Source: Macrostomum lignano (Eukaryota). Taken from it: a DNA stretch of 64,000 nucleotides. The notes under the pieces are model-generated. The model was given only the letters and a program-made list of their open reading frames with translations, made no database searches and was not told the DNA's origin. Positions 48,332 through 59,436 of this stretch are shown here, one piece after another (positions within the stretch are counted from its first letter, which is position 1; each line of letters begins with the position of its first letter). Where the stretch lies: contig NIVC01000102.1 in assembly GCA_002269645.1 (NCBI GenBank), positions 205,950 through 269,949 of the forward strand. The letters run 5' to 3'. The position numbers and the translations under genes are program-made.

Positions 48332-49852
48332 ATGGCCTTCGAGCCGACTATGGATAAACAAGCTATTTCTAGGGACGGGGACCCTTCTAAACCCCAACCT
48401 CAGTCCGAAGGACCGGCCGGCCCTGCTGGCAGATCCCAACCGACTGATTCAACTGTGGCAAAGGAAGGACCGGCTGGCTCTGCTGGCAGATCCGATCAGA
48501 GCTACCAAACTCAAAATACCCTAAGACCTGCCAGCTCCGCTGGTGGATCTAAGGGAACCGCGAGCTCTGAGCCTAAAGGACCGGCCAAATCTGGCAGATC
48601 CGATGAAGCTCAGCGGGCTCGGCTTGAGCGCAAACGCGCTAAACAACGCGCCAAAAGGCAGGCCAAGAAGGGAGCTGCGGGGGCCAAAGCGGCGGCGTCC
48701 ACCATGGATGCTGAAGCGACTGGAGTCCCAAGGCAACCAGGCGGGCCGGCCGGTGGAAGCTCCAGTAGTTCAGCGGTGGCGCTCCCTGGAGCTGCTGCCG
48801 CGGCTGCTGAGGCCGAAACCACGGCGCAACAAATGGCCACTGCCAACAAGGAGGTTCCTTCGGGAGCTACCTTTGCGGCGAAGGCCAAGGCCAAAATCCC
48901 GGGAGTGATCATCCAAGGTCGCGACCAGGACTGGACCACTGATCAGCTTCAAAAAGTGTGGAGTGCTGTTGACTCCTATCTGATTGAGCTGACTGTCGAG
49001 GAGGGAATCTCCATCGGCGTTGAGCGGATGGTGCTGCGAAGCACATTCGTTCTTATTGCTCCTAGCAGCGAGGAGGACGCTCGGCGGCTGCTCCAGCGGC
49101 TACCGACGGTCTCCTTGGATGCTGACCTTGGCGGAGCTCTTTTTCTTCGCGAGGGCCAGCGTCCAAAGACGATACCCTATGTGGTTTTCGTCCCTGCTAA
49201 GAGCACCGCAGCTGGACCAGACGTTATTCGCCGGGTCCTACTGCGTCTGAACCCCGACCTCCCTGCTAGTGGACTGGTGTATCACCGTAAAGTCCGCAGG
49301 GGGGAGACGGGCAACTCAATTGTCCTCGGCCTTTCCAGCACTTGGGCGAGTCGGTACCCTAATGGATCCTCTTTCCAGCTGGGTGCCCTCAAGCTCAAGT
49401 TGCGCCGAGGAAAGTCTGCCAAAGGGAAGGCTACTGCCAACCCCGGCATCTCCGGTAAGAGCGGGGCGCAGTCTAAGGCCCAAGGAAAGGCGCAAGCCGA
49501 TCCCAAAGCCAAAGCTGCATCTCGCCCCTCTGCTAGCAGCAGTTCGGCGACCGCGGTAACGGCTCCGGCCAAGCCCCGGGAACCAAACCTGCCAGTCGGA
49601 GAAGGAGTTGAGGACGAGGCCGGGTCTTCGGAATCCGAGCTCTCCTCGGCCACCTTGGTGGGGTCTGAAGGTAAAGATGCAGGTGAGGAAGCTTCCTCCA
49701 TCCTGTCATCGGAGCCTGAGGACTCTGCTGGGGGGCCGGTGGGGGTGAGGAGGCCATGGACGTCGACCAACTCCCATCTCCCAGTCAAGCCCCAGCGGCC
49801 TGGGACGAGGACGATCTGTTGTCCAAGTCTCCTTGATGGCCCTGGGCTCTAG
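48332..49852 (+). CDS. Retrotransposon ORF1 protein (low-complexity termini, central globular domain); probable single-G deletion near 49730
   Basis: In-frame ATG at 48332; K/R-rich segment RLERKRAKQRAKRQAKK; no clear CCHC knuckles. Adding one G to the run 49730-49735 gives the C-terminus ...GGAGGGEEAMDVD...SKSP*. Confidence 0.75.
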   Translation: MAFEPTMDKQAISRDGDPSKPQPQSEGPAGPAGRSQPTDSTVAKEGPAGSAGRSDQSYQTQNTLRPASSAGGSKGTASSEPKGPAKSGRSDEAQRARLERKRAKQRAKRQAKKGAAGAKAAASTMDAEATGVPRQPGGPAGGSSSSSAVALPGAAAAAAEAETTAQQMATANKEVPSGATFAAKAKAKIPGVIIQGRDQDWTTDQLQKVWSAVDSYLIELTVEEGISIGVERMVLRSTFVLIAPSSEEDARRLLQRLPTVSLDADLGGALFLREGQRPKTIPYVVFVPAKSTAAGPDVIRRVLLRLNPDLPASGLVYHRKVRRGETGNSIVLGLSSTWASRYPNGSSFQLGALKLKLRRGKSAKGKATANPGISGKSGAQSKAQGKAQADPKAKAASRPSASSSSATAVTAPAKPREPNLPVGEGVEDEAGSSESELSSATLVGSEGKDAGEEASSILSSEPEDSAGGPVGVRRPWTSTNSHLPVKPQRPGTRTICCPSLLDGPGL

Positions 49853-49875
49853 CCAGATATTGCATTTAATACAGT

Positions 49876-52800
49876 ATGACTAAGCTCCACGCTGCCAAAG
49901 GAGCGACATTCTGTCTGCAAATAAATTTACAGCATTGCGTATCTGCGTCAGTAAATCTGATGAAGATTGCTGAGCTGTACAGGCCAGGCCTCATCCTGAT
50001 CCAGGAACCCTGGATGCGCAACGGTAAGTTGCCCAACATTCCCTCTGGCTACTCTGATTTTTATGTGTGTGGCCCGGGGAACAGCCGCCCTAGAGCGGCT
50101 ATCCTCGCTGCTAGCCATCTCCAGGCTTGGCTGAGGACTGATCTCTCTGATGGAGACCTTTGCGTCATCCAATCTAATCATTTCTCTCCGCGTGTACGTG
50201 TCTTGTTGCCTCGGTTTATATCCCAGGCGACAGAGACCCTGCTCCCGAGAGTTTACTGCGCCTTGCGCAGTACTGCGAGTCCCAGAACGCTGAGCTGTGC
50301 TTAGGGGGCGACCTCAACGCGCACCACAAGCACTGGGGCAGCAAAGATACCAACACTAGAGGAGAGGAGCTTCTGGCCCTCATCTCTAACACAAACCTCA
50401 TGCTCTGCAACCGCGGCAGCACTCCTACCTTTAATAATGGCAGATGGACCGAGGTCCTCGACGCCACACTCGTTACCCCAAGACTCTTTGACAGAGTCAA
50501 GGAGTGGAGAGTCTGGTCTGAGGAGCCCTCCCTGTCTGACCACTGCTTTATCGCCTTTAATATCGCGGACACTAAAACCCAGTCTCCGATCACTTGGAGA
50601 CGCAATATCCGCAACACTGATTGGGCGGCCTACAAGGCTGCCCTTGATCTGCACCTGCAGGAACTCACGGACTTACGTCCGATTGAGACCTGCGAGGATG
50701 TGGATCATACGGCTGAGACGCTGACAGGTTGCATTATTGCAGCCTACGAAGCGGCTTGTCCTGCTCGCGCCTACAGAGGCAAGACCTCGGCGCCGTGGTG
50801 GAACCCGGAGCTGGGGAAACTCAGGCGGAAGGCCAAAAGCCTTCATCGCCGTGCCATGAAGACCGGAAACCCGGAGGACATGGAGCTTTTCCGGCAAGCC
50901 TCCCGCAATTTCAAATCTGAAGTGCGCAAGGCCAAGGAATGTAAGTGGCGCCAATTCTGCAATGAATTGGATCAAGACAGACCTACTTCTAGGCTTGTCA
51001 AGGCCCTTACAATGGACAAAATGTCCAAATTAGCCATGATCAAAAAAGATGATGGCTCTCTTACTAAAGACCCTGAAGAAGTGCTTCAGCATATGCTTAG
51101 CACATTCTTCCCGAGGGTACCTACTGCTAGACCGGAGCCCAACCATTCGATGGATGGAGCCACCCTAGCGGCGGGCATTGTCACTGAAGACCTAATCGCT
51201 CGTGCGGTCAGAACCTTCAAACCCTTCAAATCTCCTGGACCTGATGGTATCTACCCTGTTCTCCTTCGTGAAGCAGCCAAGATACCCTCGTTCCTGAGAC
51301 TCACCCGCAATCTTATGCGGGCCTCTATCCAGCTGGGATACGTTCCCAAAAGCTGGACTGAAGCTCGAGTAGTCTTTATTCCCAAACCTGGGAAGGGTGA
51401 CTACCAAAGCGTCAAGGCCTTCCGGCCAATTAGCTTAACGTCAGCAATGCTTAAGCTCACTGAGAGGCTTATTCTCTGGCGGCTGCTCTCCTGCGAGCTG
51501 ACAGCGATGCCCCTCAGCAATAATCAGCACGCCTTCCGTACCGGGAGGTCGACTGACAGCGCCCTGCATGCGATTGTCGAAAAGATTGAACGGGCGGTAC
51601 TGGGTGACGGTTACGCCCTGGCTCTCTTTCTTGACATTGTTGGCGCCTTCGACAACGTTATCTTTGAAGCGTTTCAGAGGGCCCTTCAAAATCGCAAAGC
51701 TCATGCTACCCTCATACGGTGGATCATGTACATGATCTCCAACCGTACGGTCACTGCCCAACTTCTTGGGCAAACTGCCTCCACCAGAGTCTGTAAGGGT
51801 GGACCCCAAGGCGGAGTCCTCACCCCGACGCTCTGGAACCTGGTCATGGACGCTCTTCTGAGTGACTCCCGACCTGACCCCGTCTTCAAAGTCGGGTATG
51901 CTGATGACGTCACGGCCATTGTGGCAGGACCGTCTCCCAGCACGCTCAGGGATCTGATGCAGAGCTTTATCCGCAAAGCAGAATCCTGGGCCAATGACAA
52001 TGGTTTGGAACTCTCTGAGCCCAAAACCGTTGCCATTATGTTTACCAGCAGACTACGCTGGAACATACGTCCTCTGCAGCTCTACGGCAGAGATATTGCC
52101 TTCGCGCACCAGACCAGATGTCTCGGGGTCACACTTGACCACCGGCTCAACTGGTCCTTCCACGTGAAAGCAAAAGCTAAGCGTGCCTCAGCCATCCTGG
52201 CCCAGCTCCGACGAGCACTTGGCACTTCTTGGGGTCTATCCCCAAAGCGGCTTTGGTGGATCTATACTTCCGTAGTTAGACCTGCCATTACGTACGCCTC
52301 TATTGTCTGGGTTAGCGCTACCCAGGTCAAAAGCCATGCAGACCTGCTCAACACGATCCAAGGCAGAGCGTGTAGGCTCATCTGCAACGCCACCAGGTCC
52401 ACGCCCTTTGCTGGCATGGGGGCCTTTCTTAATCTTCCGCCTCTTGACCTCTTCATCAGGGGTGAGGCGGCTAGAACGACGCGGCGTCTAATTGATGCCG
52501 GCGTCAAATTCATTTACATGAGAGCACCTGCAAGCGGAACCTTGTCCCGCATAGCGATCTGTGCCTCAACTTTCTCAACGAGTGTCAGGCCAATCGCGTC
52601 TTCACCGATGGCATTGCCTCAACGCTCAACCTGAGACAGCGCTACTCCGTAGCTATCGACTCGCGCGATAACATCAATGACCATTGGAACCCTGGTGAGC
52701 TTCATTGCTACACCGACGGTTCTAAGCAGTCAGCCAACACCGGCTTTGGTGTTGGAATCTTTCTGAACGGGAGGGTCATCGCTACCCACGCTCAATACAC

Positions 52801-53617
52801 TGGGGTCAACTCCAGTGTTTTCCAAAATGAAGTTCTGGCCATCAGCTCCTGCACTGCAGAGCTTCTCGCCACTGGCGTTACTGGTAAGAACATCATTTTC
52901 CATTCGGACAGCCAAGCTGCCTTGCACGCCATCAGTGGCTGCAGCACCAACTCTGCTACAGTCCTTGACTGTATCAAACTCCTCAATGTGTTGGGTTCCG
53001 CCAACAAAATTACCCTTAAGTGGGTTCCGGGGCATGTGGGGATCCGAGGAAATGAGTTGGCTGACACCCTTGCAAAAGTTGGTGCCTCCGGCTCCTCTCT
53101 CGGCCCCGAACCTCTTGTCCCGATTCCTGGCTGTGTCATCGACTCGCGCATCAAAGCGTGGATCAGGACTCAGCACCGCTCGACTTGGGCGAACCGCACG
53201 AACTGCAGGCAATCCAGAGGCGCTGTCCCTCAGCCCTCTCACCAGCTCCAGAAGCTCCTCTTGCGCCTCTCGCGCAGAGACATCCGGGCTGCCACCATGA
53301 CCCTCTCTGGTCACGGCTGCTTCTCCAGGCACCAGTACCTGCAGGGCAACGCCACCAACGCCACCTGTAGTTTCTGCAACTCAGGTGACGAAACCGCTGA
53401 GCATTTCGTCAGCATCTGTCCCGCCTTCACGCGGGCCAGACTCACTTACCTCGGGCCACACACATCTATTACTGAAGCGTGCAAACCCGAAAACTTTAAT
53501 CAGCTCATGCGCTACCTTCGGGCCACCCGCAGGGCTGAACTCTCCTTTCCAGAGAGCACCATAGCTGCTGGCGACACTGGGGGACCTCCCTGGGCGGCGC
53601 CAACCCTCCGTCCATAG
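49876..53617 (+). CDS. Retrotransposon ORF2 (AP endonuclease, RT, RNase H, CCHC) split by two single-base frameshifts (about 50181 and 52532)
   Basis: QINLQH, LIQEPW, SVYIPGD, GGDLNAHH..WGS, SDHCFI (APE); KSPGPDG, RPISL, QHAFR, LDIVGAFD, PQGGVLTPTLWN, YADD (RT); YTDGS, SDSQAA, WVPGH..GNELAD (RNase H); CSFC...ETAEHFVSIC. Confidence 0.93.
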
Positions 53618-53712
53618 CGACGCGTCGGCCGTTCAGGGACTAGCGGAATGGGCGCCCGCGCCTTCCCGCTGTGTCCCCTCCGGGACAGCCCTGCAGCTAA
53701 GTCAAGTAAGTC

Positions 53713-53990
53713 AGGGTAGAAACGGGTATTTCATTGGGTAGAAAACGGGTATCTCATAGGGTAGAAACGGGTATTTCATTAGGTAGAAAACGGATATCTC
53801 ATAGGGTAGAAACGGGTATTTCATTGGGTAGAAAACGGGTATCTCATAGGGTAGAAACGGGTATTTCATTGGGTAGAAAACGGGTATCTCATAGGGTAGA
53901 AACGGGGATCTCATTGGGTAGAAAACGGGTATCTCATTGGGTAGAAAACGGGTATCTCATTGGGTAGAAAACGGGTATCTCATTGGGTTG
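53713..53990. repeat. 22/23-bp minisatellite (gggtagaaaacgggtatctcatt); about 1.5 further units lie left of the retrotransposon at 48017-48046
   Basis: The same unit is present on both sides of the insertion. Confidence 0.93.
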
Positions 53991-54153
53991 AAGGGATGCC
54001 TCTTTAGGTAGAAAAGGGGCATTTAATGAGGCAAAAAAGGAATCATGAGCAGCATTAAGCAAGATGACAAGAGCAGCAATAAAGTGAGTACACAAGCGCT
54101 CAGTCATTGCACGCGCAAGTGCACAAATGCGTCAAATTGAAAATTAGTGCAGC

Positions 54154-57100
54154 TCAGCTGGCTTCAGAGTCACCAGTCGGCGCGGCCTCCTTAGGCATCT
54201 CCAGTCGCCACAGGCCGTAGTTCTCTCCTATCTTGTGCTGCCACAATCGCAGGGTCCCGTCCTCGCTGCCTGAGGCATACAAGTGACCGTCTGGCGAGTA
54301 ACGGACGCAGTGCACAGGTCCGAAGTGACCCTTGTGCGACTCCAGCACCGAGCCGTCCTCAGCTGAGCACTTGTACAGCACGAAGTCATCGCCGCCGCAG
54401 ACAAAGATTGGCTCGCTAGGGTGCAGAGCTGCTGAGTAGATCTGGCAGGGTAGACTGTGGCTGCTCAGCTCCACCAGTCTGTCTGAGTCCCAGATTGACA
54501 CCTGGATAATGGGGCATAACAGTTCTGCTGTTAATGTCTGACTCAAAGATCGTGCGGATTTTTTAAAGGCCGATTTCCTGGAAAAATCATTGAATTGCAT
54601 TCGATCTGGGGCAGTGAAGATTGCTACTCTGTTGTATTTAATATAGTTGTGCAGTGAAGGTTTCAATTTTATTTTCATATCCGAAGGAGCAAATTCAATC
54701 ATTGATTTTTTCCTATCTCCGCAGTATTTTTCCAGGAAATATGCCTCCAAAAAGTCATTGGCCATGTGTCCGAAAAAAAACTTTGAGTCCTTAACTTACA
54801 ACCCACCACTTTTTGTCTACTAATCGATTATATTGAGCGACAGATGCAAAATACAGTAAAACAGTTCGATTCAAAGTATTGCTTGTATTTGGGCCCTCAA
54901 CCACCTGATAAACTAACAGAAGTGTATTTATTATAAACAAGCACTTTTGTCCAGCATAAGAAGATGGTGAAAGATTTGGCCTGTAGTTCTTCGACCAGAT
55001 TTCACTGCATCACAAATGACATTTCTAAGGAAAGTGGGATAATGCATGATATTCAATGGGACACGCTACGAGCATCCATTGAAACCTTTGATTTAACAGA
55101 GCTAGAAAGCTAGGGGTAGAACTCTAGGTGAACAGGGGTAGAAAGCTAGGTAAACATGGGTAGAACTCTAGGTGAACAGGGGTAGAACTCTAGGTGAACA
55201 GGGGTAGAAAGCTAGGTGAACACGGGTAGAACTCTAGGTGAACAGGGGTAGAACTCTAGGTGAACAGGGGTAGAACTCTAGGTGAACAGGGGTAGAACTC
55301 TAGGTGAACAGGGGTAGAACTCTAGGTGAACAGGGGTAGAACCAGGGTTTTTTTTTTACCCCAATTAGTACCCCATGGGGTATTAGTCAACTGATTTGAG
55401 GTACTATTTTGCCCATTAATACCCCAGAATGGGGTACTATTTTTTCGACTTTAATTCAAACAAGTTAAGCTTTTTTCTAAAATTTGCTGTTCAATTAAAA
55501 TTCTGACTGGGCTGGTATGGGTCTTTGTACTAAGGTATATCCACTCGTGTGGTGAGTCAGACTGTCAGGCTAAAACTCTAAAAGTGAGAGAGGGTTGGAA
55601 TTGGAAACTTGGAATTAGATTTAGATTAGATTGCGATACTGCAAAGCCATCTAACTTACTTGAAATTTCGAAATCTAGATTGTTCAGCCTTCAACGAAAG
55701 ACAAGAATGCAGTCAAACATTAGCAGCTGTGTTTTAACTCTGAATATAGTCTTGATTAAGTTATTTGACTGCGCCAGAATCAATTTTTATAAGAATTCAA
55801 GTAAACTACAGAGGCAAAATTAGAAATTTCATGGGGTATTACTCCTCCAAAATGGGGTACTACTCAGAGGCTTGATACCCCAATTCGGGTACTAATCAAT
55901 AGCGAAAAAAAAAACACTGGGTAGAACTCTAGGTGAACAGGGGTAGAAAGCTAGGTGAACAGGGGTAGAAAGCTAGGTGAACAGGGGTGGAAAGCTAGGT
56001 GAACAGGGGTAGAACTCTAGGTGAACAGGGGTAGGACGCTACAGGCACAAACCTGTGAGCCGCAGCATAGCAACAGCCGAGAATCATCTAATCGCAATTG
56101 CAAGTCGCTGGGACAGCCAGACAGCTCCCGATCCAGCACCGCGCTCTCCCCATCTGAGCAGCGAACATCTCGAACTACAAATCGTTTATCATCTGCCGCA
56201 CTGGCAACCAGATATTGATTGAGAAAGATTGCCGCGCGAAGACTCTTGGCATGGCCCGGCAGTTCAATTGGTGGTGAATCATAATTAGACAAATCGAACA
56301 GTCTTAGAAGGCGTTCGTTGCTACCAGTGAGCAATCGGCCGCATTGAGCATCGAAATCAACGCATTTGACAATGTGCTTGTGCTCAAAACTGTGCAAAGG
56401 GTCGCCAGTGAATCCGTCCCATAATTTGGCTGAGAAGTCTGCGGCTCCAGTTGCTACCCGACTTGAGTCTGAGTTTAGTACAGCAGACCAGACAGCGCCT
56501 TTGTGCCCACTCAGGGTGCCAATCCAATCGCCTGTATCGCCTTGGAGCAGCTGACTCTGGCCATCTGGTGTGAGATTATCAAATAATTAATTTGTGCAAG
56601 TGTGACATCATCATTTATTTTGTTTGACATATTTTTAATTACTATTCATTAACTGCCACTATGAGTAGGATAGTTTGAACATAAAAGTGACTATGCATTT
56701 GGGTGACTTGGCATATTTAATTATATGATTTATATCAGGCCCTTAATTATTATCAACAGTTAAAATTATCAGTACATAAATAAAGCATAATCTAGCCTCA
56801 CTAAGTCATTAAATTATATATGCAATTGTCAGCTGACCTAGCTGATCTAGTTCTAGTAAAATAAGGTAGACTAAAAATAAGACTTTTGGTCTTTAGATAA
56901 CTTTCCTAACAAAAAATTAATGACAAATCAAATACTTTTAGTCAGTTTGCCAATAGATTGCTAAACTAAATCATATTTAGTAAAAACTAAGTTGCATGAC
57001 CAATGTAATTTTAGAGGTTGTATATAGGCTTAATGTCATGATATATATCAAAGTGATAGGGAGGGGGTAGAGGATGTATCCTTCAAATGGCCTAAAAGTT

Positions 57101-57875
57101 TTGTTGAAGTCTGCTATTTAGCTTATATAATGTAGATGTCCATTGTGAAAATAATTTATCCTCCTGAATATAACTATTCTCCCTGAAAAAATTTCTAGCT
57201 ATATGCCTAATATATATACCGTAAAGAATTTACAGTAGACAAATTTGAATTTCATTTATGTATTTTATATTGTGATTTACGTAATTTATGTAATTTACAT
57301 AATTTTATTTTACAAATTATGGAATTAGGCCTGACACATATATTTTGCAAAGTATAACGAAGTGTAAGTTGTGTAACTATATATTTTTTCAGCGCCATGC
57401 GCCATGTGCGCCGCCAGAGCATTTCCAATTTTTCCTTGTACGCCGTGTGCACCGTGTGTGCCAAAAAATGGGCCAATTTGCACCAGAAAATTCACCAAAA
57501 ACTGCCACCTTCCCAGCTATGGAGTGTGTGTGCATTATGTAGTTATCTAAAAACCATTTTATGTAATACTAAGGATAAGAATTTTTCATGGCAAAGACCA
57601 CTTTCTTAACTATGCATATGGTGATTCTAATGAATTAAACGGCAATGCAAAAAACTATGAATCTTAAACAAAGTCTGACATAACAACTAGAAAATAAAAA
57701 AGTCAAGACAATGAGTCAATGACCTTTAGTATTTACCTTTGGAAGCTGTGACAAGAAAGTATCCTAGATCAGATACATCACTGAATCTCAGCGACACCAC
57801 TGGGCGTGTATGAACAGAACATGTTATAGCCAGTTGTTTGATTTGAGATAGGCCTAAAAGTGATTTGTCATCCAT
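54154..57875 (-). CDS. STRAP: STRAP/UNRIP WD40 protein; exons 57875-57737, 56564-56053, 54501-54154 (about 332 aa)
   Basis: TCSVHTRPVV..F...GYFLVTASK|DG..LQGDTGDWIGTLSGHKGAVW..ATGAADFSAKLWD..HKHIVKCVDF and GHFGPVHCVRYSPDGHLYASGSEDGTLRLWQ..G..YGLW match STRAP; introns of phase 1 and phase 0 are consistent. Confidence 0.93.
55110..56035. repeat. 22-bp minisatellite (ggggtagaactctaggtgaaca) in a STRAP intron, split by a MITE
   Basis: Blocks at about 55110-55342 and 55920-56035. Confidence 0.93.
55343..55919. mobile_element. hAT-type MITE (577 bp) inserted in the minisatellite
   Basis: Termini CAGGGTTTTTTTTTT / AAAAAAAAAACACTG; 8-bp TSD GGTAGAAC at 55335-55342 and 55920-55927; subterminal tacccc/ggggta motifs. 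Confidence 0.85.
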
Positions 57876-59436
57876 AATGTCAATGATTGACTGCCTCTAA
57901 AATCCAAAAATTGCTATAAAAATACAACTAGTGTGATGTTATCTGTCAATAGGGGTTTAAGAAATACGATCAGGGTATATACTTTGAAATCAAATAATAT
58001 AAATAAAATGCCTTAAAATTGCAGAAGTACTCGATTTTATTAAGTAGCTCTGCATAGATATTTATATCCCGCAGACTCTTACGATTTCGAAGAAAAATTA
58101 CAGTTGAGTTGTCGCGCTTTTTGAGATCGTAATTTCAAACTGATTACGAGTTACTTAAGTGAGAGTGTTGCTAAGCGCTATATACTAAAATTTTTCTTTC
58201 TTTATTTTCAAAATTCTATTTTCAGCAAAAATCTATGTGATTTCGCTAGACCATCCGACGTTTATACAGGGGACCATGATTATTTTTAGGTTGACTTTAT
58301 TTTGGTAAGCGTAATGGATGGTGAATTAAACTTGTCGAATTACATGGCTATTGAAGTACATTTAAATTATATATTATACAATTATTTACGTAATTGACTC
58401 GAAAAGCAAGGCTTTTTATTAGACCCTGTTGGCCCCGTTTTTCTTGGTTGTCGAATTCGACACTTGGTGTGCGAAATTTGCTGTTAAATTTATTCATAGC
58501 TGCAAGACAGACGTACATGCCGGGACAATTAGAATGATGAAACCATGAAGCATATATGCTTGGTGCAAACGCGATGGTCCAACAACCGAATTTGATAGCG
58601 CCTTCCAGATTCTATCACATGTACTGCAGTGTACATATCACAATCGTTGCCAGCTTGTCCTGCATGACGACTGCGCTTACCCTTCACATGTAGCAGTAAT
58701 GCGCATTTATACATGTATATTGCTTGGCTCTGCAAAGCCAAAGTGAAGCCACGTCTTTATTAATGCATTCATGTAGATTTTCACTCCGCCACATGCAGAA
58801 TCTGCACATACTTTCCGCAGATCTCAGAGCGTCGATCATAGGTCTTGTATTCACTGCAGTAGGCAGCTCTCATGCTGCTGAAGCCTATATTCAAATAGCA
58901 CTTCAGATGCAGCGCACAACTTGACGACGCTGCGTGTGAATACGCCCACATTCCTAACACAGCCTCCTCTCACATGGAATTTGCCAACCTTTGTCTAACA
59001 AACATGCAGCCCGAGCTCTGTCCCAGGTTTCTATTCAAATTTTCCTAGCAGAAAAGTCAAGACTTCTCATTCAATCGATGACGTGAGTCTTACTGCATTC
59101 ATGGTTTGTGAGGCTATGGCACTTAAGAAAAAGTCATGCTTCATGTATACATTTATCGACTAAATTCTCTTCAAAAAGTATGGAACACCCCCATGCAGTC
59201 AGTAAATGCGCGTTTCTACAGGTAACTGTGTATGCTGGCAGTCGTGAACTCTTCCTATCAGCTACGTACGCCCCCTGCCTACTGCTTGCTGCTTCGGTCC
59301 AGTAAGCAACAAGACGACATTTAAGTCAAGTAAAACTTTTCGTAGCCTCACTTCTCTACTAAACCTCGCCTCTTCTGCATAAAACTCTGACAGGCGTTTC
59401 AGGTTTGTGTAAGAAAAAAGCTAGCTGCTTTAAAGC

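Larger units (their letters stand above)
48047..53712 (+). mobile_element. Full-length non-LTR retrotransposon, LOA/R1-like clade (ORF1 plus APE-RT-RNase H-CCHC ORF2)
   Basis: 7-bp TSD AGGGTAG at 48040-48046 and 53713-53719; 3' tail TAAGTCAAGTAAGTC; two ORFs with all expected domains. The clade call is inferred from the APE + RNase H + CCHC architecture. Confidence 0.92.

Noticed and set aside
52730-53332. Antisense ORFs across the retrotransposons (also 49282-49788 and 62249-63390)
   Set aside because: Expected shadow ORFs of GC-rich coding sequence; no independent motifs.
54502-54765. MANDFLE... N-terminus of ORF 54154-54765
   Set aside because: Lies in the STRAP intron; homology starts at the acceptor 54502|54501.
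9753-56035. CRISPR-like arrays
   Set aside because: The repeats are head-to-tail without unique spacers, there are no cas genes, and the context is eukaryotic.
58529-58924. Two opposite ORFs both starting MALQSQ
   Set aside because: Caused by a short imperfect palindrome (ttggctctgcaaagccaa); no longer inverted repeat.
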